DNA of 64,000 nucleotides from Patescibacteria group bacterium (GTDB lineage Bacteria; Patescibacteriota; WWE3; 0-14-0-20-40-13): the NCBI GenBank assembly GCA_018896215.1, contig JAHINB010000006.1:2941-66940 (forward strand), given 5' to 3'. Below the pieces are notes generated by a model. That model searched no databases and was not told where the DNA came from. It worked only from the letters and a program-made list of their open reading frames with translations. Shown piece after piece: positions 55,034 through 63,151 of this stretch (its first letter is position 1; every line of letters begins with the position of its first letter). A program made the position numbers and the translations under genes.

Positions 55034-57349
55034 ATGACAAGCAACAAAAAGGCATTGGTTGGGATTCTGTTCTTTATTCTTTTAATCTTTGTCCGAAATA
55101 TCGCTCTTTGGTCCCAAGAGCAAACATTCATCTTTGCTGATACTGCCATCTACGCTTTACAGCTTTCCGCATTTTCCCAAAATATCACAAGTATCTTTTC
55201 GCAACACTCGAGCTTTTTAGGATGGAACCCTAATTATCTCTCTACTGGTATTCCAACCTTGTCTGTAGTCGACTTTGGTTACCTGTATCCACCAGACTTT
55301 GTCATAGCTTTAATTTCTAAAATTTTCGGAAATAGTTTACTGGTTTTTCCTTTTACCACCTTGCTTGCTTATTTACATCTGGCATTTGGAGCATTTTTTG
55401 TTTACAAAATATTAAAAGATTATTTTAAACTCGAAAATTATTCTAGTCTTTTTGGGGGACTTCTTTGGGTTATTACGGGTTACAATCTGGAATATTTAGC
55501 TGCAACCTCTGTTCTTTACGCTGGAAGTTATCTTCCTGTCTGTTTTTATCTAAATCTTAAAAGGAAAGAGAAAGATGAATTTAGATACTTTTTTTTGTTC
55601 TACCTACTTTTAGCCTTTAGCTTTTTAGCCGGATACCCCATGCCTTCAGTTCTTATAGTCTTGACAGTAACCACATACAATATATTAACAGGTGACAAGA
55701 TTAAGTACACACTCATTTCCGTAATCAAGGATAACCTAAGAGGGCTGTTTTTAATAACTTTTCCATTGATCTCGCCACTCTACTTTTCGGCTATTGCCAA
55801 TTTCCCCCAAAGTGTTCGAGGTACTGTTTTAACTTTGGAGGGTTTTATAAGCAACCCCATAAAAATATTTAATCTCGCGGAAGGGATTTTGCCAGTTAAT
55901 ACGCTTTTTAATACAGCAAGCTCCACAAACATTGTTCACCTCTCTTTGAGCACCGTTGTTTTAATAATTCTTTTACAAGCAAAAAACAAAGGGGAAGTTT
56001 TTAGAGATAAAAGACTTTTGTCCTTACTGGCACTTGCTATTTTTGGAGCAATTTTGTCCGCGGGAGGAACAACTTATTTTCCGACTTTAATTTATCTAAC
56101 AACTCCAATCATTAGTTTTTTTAGAAGGCTTGCTGTATTTTCTTTAATCCCAGGATTTGCGGTTTGTTTAATTGCCCCCTTTTATATTAAAAACGCCCTT
56201 GGTCAGAGAGGAATATCCCAGCCTTTGGGATTTGGGATTAAAATCTTTGCCATCCTGGCTCTTGTAACACAAGCCTATAAAATTGCCTTTATAGGAAAAG
56301 TGGAGATTCTAAATTATCCGGCGCTGGTTCAAAACCTAAGCATTATTTTTGTGATTGGAATGCTCTCTGTACTCTCTTTTATTGTTTATCATAAGAATAA
56401 AAGAATTGGTTTTGCCATTCTTGGTTTTGCCTTAATAGTTGAATCTGGAACTCTTGTTGCCAGTAAAGTTTACCTAAATTCTAAAACAAACCCCGAGGCG
56501 GTTTTCCAACCGAACGAGCTTACAAATTATTTAAAAGAGAATACTAAACCAGGAGAGCGCGTTGATATGTTATTTACACAGCATAGCTATAGTACAGACT
56601 ACCTAGGATTGGAACAAACGGCGGGATACATGTCATTAGCAAGCGAGTATGGTGTTAGAATAAATGAGCTTTTGCCTTTGCCCCAAAGCCAGTACGACTC
56701 CAAAAGCTTAAGGGACATTTTAGGAGTTAAATATATTGTAAGAAAAGGAGATTGGGAAGACACCAATCTAAAAAAAGTTGCCGAAATTAAGCAAAACCCT
56801 CTAAAACCTAACTTTTACTCATTTGATTATAATTCGCTTTCTTGGTGGCCAGATCCTGTGGACACTTATTATAGTGTTTATCAGAACCCCACGGCACTTC
56901 CAAGATTGTACTTAGCATCAAATATTATTCCAACAGCAAGACAATCAAAATATCTTTTGCCCTATTTCGAAAAGCTAGAAGATCCAAAAACCGTTTTTCT
57001 TGAAGCAGATAAATTACAACCAGGAAAAATTTCACCCGAGGGGGAAGTTGTCATAAAGGATTATCAAAGAAACTACATCAAAGCCGAGGTGACAGCAGAG
57101 AAACAAACATTCCTCGCCAATTCCACAGGTTTTTATCCTGGCTGGAAGGCAAGGATTAACGGAACAAAGGTTGCCCCAATTCGCACTAATTGGTTCATGA
57201 TGGGAGTATACCTGCCGGCGGGAGAAAACACAGTTGAGTTTATTTATACCCCTTACGAGGCAAACATTGGTCTGTTGTACATAATATTAGCAACAACATA
57301 TTGGTTTTTTTCCAGAATTCTTAGACATAAATATGAACAAACTTTATGA
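55034..57349 (+). CDS. YfhO family membrane glycosyltransferase (GT-C)
   Basis: FADT, WNPNY..G.P, LYPP, LGVKYIV, NPTALPR, FYPGWKARING..TNWFMMGVYLPAGENTVEFIYTP. Confidence 0.85.
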   Translation: MTSNKKALVGILFFILLIFVRNIALWSQEQTFIFADTAIYALQLSAFSQNITSIFSQHSSFLGWNPNYLSTGIPTLSVVDFGYLYPPDFVIALISKIFGNSLLVFPFTTLLAYLHLAFGAFFVYKILKDYFKLENYSSLFGGLLWVITGYNLEYLAATSVLYAGSYLPVCFYLNLKRKEKDEFRYFFLFYLLLAFSFLAGYPMPSVLIVLTVTTYNILTGDKIKYTLISVIKDNLRGLFLITFPLISPLYFSAIANFPQSVRGTVLTLEGFISNPIKIFNLAEGILPVNTLFNTASSTNIVHLSLSTVVLIILLQAKNKGEVFRDKRLLSLLALAIFGAILSAGGTTYFPTLIYLTTPIISFFRRLAVFSLIPGFAVCLIAPFYIKNALGQRGISQPLGFGIKIFAILALVTQAYKIAFIGKVEILNYPALVQNLSIIFVIGMLSVLSFIVYHKNKRIGFAILGFALIVESGTLVASKVYLNSKTNPEAVFQPNELTNYLKENTKPGERVDMLFTQHSYSTDYLGLEQTAGYMSLASEYGVRINELLPLPQSQYDSKSLRDILGVKYIVRKGDWEDTNLKKVAEIKQNPLKPNFYSFDYNSLSWWPDPVDTYYSVYQNPTALPRLYLASNIIPTARQSKYLLPYFEKLEDPKTVFLEADKLQPGKISPEGEVVIKDYQRNYIKAEVTAEKQTFLANSTGFYPGWKARINGTKVAPIRTNWFMMGVYLPAGENTVEFIYTPYEANIGLLYIILATTYWFFSRILRHKYEQTL

Positions 57350-58070
57350 ATCAAAATACCATAGATTAGAAACTAATTACTGGTTGTTTATAGCACGAAG
57401 AGATGCGGTTATAAATTTAATTAAAAAGGTTGATATAGGTAAAACTGATAAAATTTTAGATATTGGTTGCTCCGGTGGTCCTCTCATAAATTTACTAAAA
57501 GAAAATGGGTTTATGAATATTTATGGAATCGACATTAGTGTGGACGCAATCAATTTATGTAAAAAAAGAGGCATAAATAATGTAACGGTTATGGATGGCA
57601 CAAAAACACTATATAAAGATGGGGAATTTGACACAATAATAGCTTCTGATATTTTAGAACATTTAAAGGACGAGGATTCTGCTTTATCTGAATGGTATAG
57701 ATTACTAAAACCTAATGGTAAATTAATACTATCTGTTCCTGCATTGAATTCTTTGTGGAGCGGTCATGATGAAATTAACGGACATTATAGAAGATATAAT
57801 AAATCATCGCTAATAAAGAGATTAGAAAAAGCACAATTTAAATTGCACAAAATCTCTTATTGGAACTTTACCCTCTTTTTTCCTATTTATGTACTAAGTA
57901 TGTTTCAACACCTTTTACCCAAAAATAAAAGCGCCTTAAAAGATCGCTTGTATGAGTTATGTCCCCTAATCAATGGAACATTAGTTGCTTTATTAAAAAC
58001 AGAGAATTTTTTCTTAAAATATATTAATTATCCGGTTGGAATTAGTATTTTTACGGTATGGAGAAAATAA
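57333..58070 (+). CDS. Class I SAM-dependent methyltransferase
   Basis: ILDIGCSGG, DILEHL, LKPNG..SVPA, WSGHDEINGHYRRY. Confidence 0.9.
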   Translation: MNKLYESKYHRLETNYWLFIARRDAVINLIKKVDIGKTDKILDIGCSGGPLINLLKENGFMNIYGIDISVDAINLCKKRGINNVTVMDGTKTLYKDGEFDTIIASDILEHLKDEDSALSEWYRLLKPNGKLILSVPALNSLWSGHDEINGHYRRYNKSSLIKRLEKAQFKLHKISYWNFTLFFPIYVLSMFQHLLPKNKSALKDRLYELCPLINGTLVALLKTENFFLKYINYPVGISIFTVWRK

Positions 58071-58091
58071 AACCAGAAGATCCGTCGCCGT

Positions 58092-58586
58092 ATGATTGAT
58101 ACTTCGATGTTTTTAGAAAAATATCTGCAAAATTACCGCTTTAAAATGGCGGCGCCTTATCTAATTGGAGATGTTTTGGATTTTGGCGGCAACAACGGAG
58201 AGTTAAAAAGGCTGGTTAAAGGCAAATATCTTGTTGTTAACTACGATCATTCCGTAATGAAAAATGCCCATTGTGACACCATTGTAAGTTTAGCGGTTAT
58301 TGAGCATATATCAGTTAAAGAAGTATTTAAGATTTTTAAAAAATTTAAAGATATTTTAAATATGAATGGTAGAATTTTTATAACAACCCCAACAAAAATG
58401 GCAAAGCCTGTTCTGGAATTTATGACTTTCTTTGGAATTTTTGATAAAGAAAATATGGGTGAGCATAAACACTATTGGAATGAAAAAGATATCCGCTATC
58501 TGGCAAAAAAAGCAGGCTTTGCGGTAAAAAAATATAAAAAATTCCAATTTGGATTTAATCAATTGGCTGTTTTTGAGCACAAGTAG
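58092..58586 (+). CDS. Short class I SAM-dependent methyltransferase
   Basis: VLDFGG, LAVIEH, GRIFITTP, EHKHY, FQFGFNQL. Confidence 0.8.
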   Translation: MIDTSMFLEKYLQNYRFKMAAPYLIGDVLDFGGNNGELKRLVKGKYLVVNYDHSVMKNAHCDTIVSLAVIEHISVKEVFKIFKKFKDILNMNGRIFITTPTKMAKPVLEFMTFFGIFDKENMGEHKHYWNEKDIRYLAKKAGFAVKKYKKFQFGFNQLAVFEHK

Positions 58587-58587
58587 T

Positions 58588-59748
58588 ATGGAAGAAAAAG
58601 AAATTAAAAATACCATATTTATAGTTACCACCCACATTTTATTTCGCGATATCTATAAACCCAACGAACCTGTGGAGGGTCCGTATACCTCTGTAATTAA
58701 TGCCCTTAGAGATAAAGCAAAACTTGTTGAAGTTCTAGGATTTCCTTTAATTGGCTACAAACACCCCATTATTTACGGTAAAGAATCCAGCACAAAAATC
58801 CTTAAGCTACCAAATTTCTTGGGTGTTATCCCTCCAATCAAATATCTGGTAGACATTGTTTTGACTATCGTACTTTTAACACAAACGCTTATCAAAAATC
58901 GCAAGGAAAGTATTATAGTAGTTGGAATTGATCCGCTTTCTTCAATCCCCGCTTTGATACTAAAGCCCATCTTTAGATTTAAGTTTATCTTCTATTGCGT
59001 TGATTTTAATGAGAATCGTTTTAAGAACGGTTTAATGCAAGGCATTTATCAGTATTTTGATCGGCTCTCCAGTATTAAAGCCGATCAAGTCTGGGTTGTT
59101 TGTGATTCGTTAAAGGAATACAAAAAGAAACACTTTGGGGCAGATTCGATTTACATTCCCAATTCCCCACTCCACGATCCAGCACTTAGCAAAGAAGGGA
59201 AAAATAAAAGAACTGGTAATAAATTGGCGTGGACTGGAACTCTTTTAACCGAAAGGCAATTTGGAATCTTTTTTGATGTGGTGGAAAATATCTTAAAAGT
59301 TAGACCCGATTTGGAGGTCTATTTGGTTCCCATAAAAGACCACGAAAAGTTTGAAACAATTATTAAAGAAAGAAAATTAAATAATGTCAAGGTGATTCGA
59401 CTTACAAGTCGCCGAGCCTGGCAAGAATTTGTGGCCACTTGCGATGTGGGACTGGCAGTTTATGACGATAAATTTGGGTCAACAAAATATATTGAGCCAC
59501 TTAAGATCTGGGATTTTATGCTTTGCGGAGTTCCTTTTATAATTTCCTGTGAGCCTTCTATTGCCAAACCTGTAGTGGATTCTAAAGTCTGTTACCTACT
59601 AGGACCCGCCAATAGTTTTCCCAATGAGATGGGATTAAAGAAGTTTTTGGAAAAGGGAAATCTTGATACTTTATTTGAAAAATGTCTTACCTTGTCTCGT
59701 GACTTCGCCATAGACAAGCGGATTATCTCATCTCTTAAATCCCTATAA
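58588..59748 (+). CDS. GT-B glycosyltransferase (GT4-like)
   Basis: YCVD..RF, VWVV, DVGLAVY..YIEPLKIWDFMLCGVP. Likely start MEEKE at 58588. Confidence 0.75.
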   Translation: MEEKEIKNTIFIVTTHILFRDIYKPNEPVEGPYTSVINALRDKAKLVEVLGFPLIGYKHPIIYGKESSTKILKLPNFLGVIPPIKYLVDIVLTIVLLTQTLIKNRKESIIVVGIDPLSSIPALILKPIFRFKFIFYCVDFNENRFKNGLMQGIYQYFDRLSSIKADQVWVVCDSLKEYKKKHFGADSIYIPNSPLHDPALSKEGKNKRTGNKLAWTGTLLTERQFGIFFDVVENILKVRPDLEVYLVPIKDHEKFETIIKERKLNNVKVIRLTSRRAWQEFVATCDVGLAVYDDKFGSTKYIEPLKIWDFMLCGVPFIISCEPSIAKPVVDSKVCYLLGPANSFPNEMGLKKFLEKGNLDTLFEKCLTLSRDFAIDKRIISSLKSL

Positions 59749-59757
59749 AAAAACAAC

Positions 59758-59809
59758 TGACCGAATGCTCTGGAAGAGTGAACTACCTCTATCACAAAAC
59801 ATCCGGTCA
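59758..59809 (-). terminator. 52-nt conserved hairpin, copy 1 (probable intrinsic terminator or cassette end)
   Basis: Minus-strand 15-bp stem TGACCGGATGTTTTG/CAGAGCATTCGGTCA with G-U pairs, followed by GTTGTTTTTTT; 46/52 identical to 60659-60710. Confidence 0.7.
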
Positions 59810-59813
59810 CAGC

Positions 59814-60359
59814 CTAAAGCGGTATACTTTCGTGTCTCCTCCTCGCCATCTCCTCGTACTTCACCACCGCCATTTTGTTGAGCACGACTTCGTGCTCAAT
59901 CAGATTGGCGGGGAGATTCGACACCGAATGCCAATTCCCAGGGACATTGGGTGTTTCGGTTGTCTCGCAGATCAAGACTACCGAAATTTCCTTCCCTCGG
60001 GGGGTGTCGGTGAGGATTACACCAGCCAAATGGGGCTCTGTCGCGTATTCAACACCACCCAGCTCCCCATTTTTCACCCGAGCGATAGCATCAGGAAAGA
60101 ACCCGGGTTTGTCGGTCCACCTCACCATCGACCCCGGGTGATGCACCTTGTCGTGGTAGATCTTGTCTTCCCGAGGTGTCAGGAAGACCTCTACCACGGC
60201 CTCCGTTCGGCGAAGTATCACCTGATAAACCGCCGTGAGAGCCGTAATCCGGTTAACAGAGTTGTAGAACCTCTCCGTCCAAGGCTGGGCAACTTTCCCC
60301 AGCAAGCCAATCAGCGTTTCTTCTTCACCAGCAGTCAAACCACCGGTAATCGTAGCCAT
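59814..60359 (-). CDS. Nudix-fold protein, GDP-mannose mannosyl hydrolase (Gmm)-like, degenerate Nudix box
   Basis: Clear paralogue of 61286-61807 (VILRR..VEVFL..R, H.PG..R, ELG, RG.E.S.V..CE, NLP.NL); RBS AGGAG; GC about 50-55%. Confidence 0.72.
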   Translation of the reverse strand: MATITGGLTAGEEETLIGLLGKVAQPWTERFYNSVNRITALTAVYQVILRRTEAVVEVFLTPREDKIYHDKVHHPGSMVRWTDKPGFFPDAIARVKNGELGGVEYATEPHLAGVILTDTPRGKEISVVLICETTETPNVPGNWHSVSNLPANLIEHEVVLNKMAVVKYEEMARRRHESIPL

Positions 60360-60407
60360 GAAAAACTCCTTTCCTGAGTGAGTTTGCTACATTCTAGAAC
60401 TGCGGTA

Positions 60408-60437
60408 ATTATATCATAAACTATAGGTATAAGTCAA
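60408..60437 (-). promoter_or_regulatory. Sigma70 promoter TTGACT-18-TATAAT with extended -10
   Basis: Minus strand TTGACT...TGATATAAT; the -10 box lies about 50 nt upstream of the ATG at 60359. Confidence 0.72.
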
Positions 60438-60455
60438 AATTGGGGTGTTATTTTT

Positions 60456-60572
60456 TTATTCTTTTTTGTAAGAATCCAAGACTTTGGCTATAAGAATGTA
60501 GTGGTGGGGAACAAGATTTTCGGGAAGATTACTAGTATTATAAAACTTGCCAACTTTGGGCTCTTGATCTAT
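60456..60572 (-). pseudogene. 3' remnant of a paralogue of the Nudix gene at 61286-61807
   Basis: Translates to IDQEPKVGKFYNTSNLPENLVPHHYILIAKVLDSYKKE*, 27/38 identical to the C-terminus of 61286-61807; preceded in frame by a stop, no start. Confidence 0.85.
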
Positions 60573-60658
60573 TTAAAATCACTAAACGAAACCTTAAATA
60601 AAATCCCTATTATAAAATCATTTTCTGCATTCCATGTATTTTTGTGCAGAAAATAAAG

Positions 60659-60710
60659 CGACCGAATGTTTTGGAAGAGTGAAATACCTCTAGCACAAAA
60701 CATCCGGTCG
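60659..60710 (-). terminator. 52-nt conserved hairpin, copy 2
   Basis: Stem CGACCGGATGTTTTG/CAAAACATTCGGTCG followed by CTTTATTTT; 8 nt after the stop of 60719-61192. Confidence 0.7.
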
Positions 60711-60718
60711 TAGCGCTT

Positions 60719-61192
60719 TTACATCTCCACACTTCGTCCCCTCACCACCGACTTCAAGCATTGCTCTATGATGGTGATATGGTGCGAAATCATTGGTGCT
60801 GGAAGAGCGGTTATCGGAAAGAGATGCGCATTCTCGGTTTCCGTGAGGGGGATTGTACTCAAATCCAACACCATAGGGATGTGGACTAGGTGACCCCGCA
60901 CTTCGTGCGGATTGTTTAGAACCAGACCAGAAAATGTGACGGGAATCCCAGAAATGTCCCATCTCAATTCCTTTACAGAAATGCGTCGTACGCACTCTTC
61001 AAATGTCTCATTTTTGAGAAGGAAACCTCCGGGCAGATGCCACATACCCGCATAGGACTGATCCTTCCCAGAGATCTCTCTCTTGATCAGCCAAATCCTC
61101 TCCCCGCTCACTACGAGGAGATCAACGACTGGCCATGGGACGACTTCCATGACCTCTAACCACCTGTCGTACGGAATAGTTTTTCCTGGCAT
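60719..61192 (-). CDS. Nudix hydrolase, GDP-mannose mannosyl hydrolase (Gmm/WcaH)-like
   Basis: P..VVDLLV, LIKR, WHLPGGFLLKNETFEECVRRISVKEL (Gmm-style Nudix box); RBS GGAGG; GC about 50%. Confidence 0.82.
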   Translation of the reverse strand: MPGKTIPYDRWLEVMEVVPWPVVDLLVVSGERIWLIKREISGKDQSYAGMWHLPGGFLLKNETFEECVRRISVKELRWDISGIPVTFSGLVLNNPHEVRGHLVHIPMVLDLSTIPLTETENAHLFPITALPAPMISHHITIIEQCLKSVVRGRSVEM

Positions 61193-61236
61193 TCTTAACC
61201 TCCGTGGTAGTTTGTCCTGTGTATTGAAGTATCGAT

Positions 61237-61245
61237 ATTATAACA
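61237..61245 (-). promoter_or_regulatory. Extended -10 promoter TGTTATAAT
   Basis: Minus strand TG-T-TATAAT about 45 nt upstream of the ATG at 61192. Confidence 0.62.
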
Positions 61246-61285
61246 TAGCAACAAAGAAAAAGCTATAGGATAGATAGATAGGGGT

Positions 61286-61807
61286 TTATTGCTTTTTGTA
61301 GTAATCTAACACCTTGGCAATAACAATATAGTGGTGCGGGAGGAGATTTTCTGGTAGATTTCGTACATCGTAAAATTTGCCAGTTTTAGGTTCTTTTTCA
61401 ACTTCACAAAGGAAAACCAACGAGTTTTCTGGTCCGCGACTGGTATGGAAATAATATGATCCGACAAATTCTGGCGGAAAGACAAAATTGACCCCCAATT
61501 CGTTTTTTTGCACCCTTTCAAAAGCATCTTGATAAGACCCTGGTCTATCGGAGGCTCTTAGAATTGTCCCGGGAGAATGGAGCATATTAGGGTAGTATGC
61601 ATCGGTCGGAGGGCGCTTAGCCAAAAAAACCTCAACTTTGCCCTGTTTTCTTCTTAAAATTACAGTTTCTATGGCAACTAGCACAAACTTAGCAGCCACA
61701 GCATTGTAGACGGGAGTTGGCATCTTGGGACCAACTTTATCTAACAAACTTACAAGCTTTTTTTCTTCGGTTTCGCTCAAGTTATCTGCGATGCTAAACA
61801 ATTCCAT
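61286..61807 (-). CDS. Nudix-fold protein, Gmm-like, degenerate Nudix box
   Basis: VAIETVI, VFLAKR, HSPGTILR..DAFERVQKNELG, LPENLLPHH; directly downstream of rfbH in the same orientation. Confidence 0.75.
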   Translation of the reverse strand: MELFSIADNLSETEEKKLVSLLDKVGPKMPTPVYNAVAAKFVLVAIETVILRRKQGKVEVFLAKRPPTDAYYPNMLHSPGTILRASDRPGSYQDAFERVQKNELGVNFVFPPEFVGSYYFHTSRGPENSLVFLCEVEKEPKTGKFYDVRNLPENLLPHHYIVIAKVLDYYKKQ

Positions 61808-61825
61808 AGGCAGTATTAAAATTCT

Positions 61826-63151
61826 TTAGAACCTCTTTAGAAACTCGTTAATCTTACCAGCCATATAGTCAATGTGACGATTGTCTAGTTTAGGATAAAC
61901 TCCCAAAAAGAAGGTGTTGTAAAGAATTCTATCAGAATTTTCTAGGTTGCCTACAATTCTCATATTTATGCCACGATAAGCCGGTTGCTTAGTAAGGTTG
62001 CCACCAAACAGCGTTCGGGTTTGGATTTTGTTTTCTTCCAAAAACCTTGTGATCTCTAGTCGATCAAATTTGGCATCGTCTTTAATTGTAAGTGGATAGG
62101 CAAACCAAGAAGGTTTCGCGCCTGTTGTGGCTTTTGGCAAGACAAAAAATCTTTCCCATCTACCTTCTTTGGCATGATAAGCAAATCTTGCAAAATTTTT
62201 CCTTCTTATTCTTGTAAATTCGTTAAGTCTTTTAAGTTGAATTACCCCCATAGCAGCCTGTGGCTCAATAGGCTTTAAATTATAACCAATCTGACTAAAA
62301 ATATACTTGTGGTCGTAGGGCTTCCCGCCAATCTTGTAATTAAACCTAGCATTACAGGCACCATATCTTCCTTTTTCGTCTCCCCTGCACCAGCAAGCCC
62401 TGCCCCAATCGCGCAACGATCTGGTAATGCGCTCAAAAATACGGTCGTTGTAGTTGACCGCCCCACCTTCCCCCATGGTTAAATGATGCGGAGGATAAAA
62501 AGATTGGGTAGAAAGAATACCAAAACTACCAGTCTTTTTTCCTTTATAAATTGACCCCAGAGCATCGCAGTTATCCTCAATTAAAAACAAACCCTTCTCT
62601 TTACAAAAATTGACCAGCAAATCCATATCGTGAGGGTTTCCTAAAGTATGAGCCAAAAAAACCGCTTTGGTTTTACTAGATGTTGCATGTTGTAAATCCT
62701 CTATCTTTATAGAATATGTTCCCAGGTTAACATCCATAAAAACTGGTACTAACCCCAATTGAATTATTGGATTAACGGTTGTAGGAAAACCACAGGCAAG
62801 AGTAATAACTTCATCTCCAGGATGAAGCCTCTCTGGAAACATGGGAGACATTAAAGAAGCTACAGATAGTAAATTAGAACTGGAGCCAGAGTTTGTAATA
62901 ATACTGCCTGTTGCTCCAATATACTTTGCCAGCCCCCTTTCAAAATCTTCGGCAAATTGACCCAAACCAAACCAACCATCTAACCAAGTAGAAATAACAT
63001 TGTTAACCTCTTTATCATCAAAAACCGATCCGGCGTATTGGATAAACGACTTTCCGGGAATAAACTCGCTATCTTCTTGCTTTTTTATTTTAAAAATTTC
63101 TTGAACTATCTTTTTTATTTGTAATCTTAATTCTTTTTCTTTTTTATCCAT
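61826..63151 (-). CDS. rfbH: CDP-4-keto-6-deoxy-D-glucose-3-dehydratase (RfbH/DdhC)
   Basis: NSGSSSNLL, FPTTVNP, AHTLGNP, EDNCDALG, SFYPPHHLTMGEGG (His in place of the PLP Lys), RDWGRACWC..C, YDHKY. Confidence 0.9.
   Translation of the reverse strand: MDKKEKELRLQIKKIVQEIFKIKKQEDSEFIPGKSFIQYAGSVFDDKEVNNVISTWLDGWFGLGQFAEDFERGLAKYIGATGSIITNSGSSSNLLSVASLMSPMFPERLHPGDEVITLACGFPTTVNPIIQLGLVPVFMDVNLGTYSIKIEDLQHATSSKTKAVFLAHTLGNPHDMDLLVNFCKEKGLFLIEDNCDALGSIYKGKKTGSFGILSTQSFYPPHHLTMGEGGAVNYNDRIFERITRSLRDWGRACWCRGDEKGRYGACNARFNYKIGGKPYDHKYIFSQIGYNLKPIEPQAAMGVIQLKRLNEFTRIRRKNFARFAYHAKEGRWERFFVLPKATTGAKPSWFAYPLTIKDDAKFDRLEITRFLEENKIQTRTLFGGNLTKQPAYRGINMRIVGNLENSDRILYNTFFLGVYPKLDNRHIDYMAGKINEFLKRF

Noticed and set aside
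59778-60377. 199-aa plus-strand ORF
   Set aside because: Antisense shadow of the high-GC Nudix gene, which has the promoter, the RBS and a paralogue.
60618-60652. Inverted repeat ATTTTCTGCA/TGCAGAAAAT after hairpin copy 2
   Set aside because: Single occurrence, AT-rich, no counterpart after copy 1; function cannot be supported.
59758-60710. 52-nt repeats as CRISPR repeats or integron attC sites
   Set aside because: Only two copies about 900 bp apart with a gene between them; no cas or integrase gene; no RYYYAAC/GTTRRRY cores in the cassette orientation.
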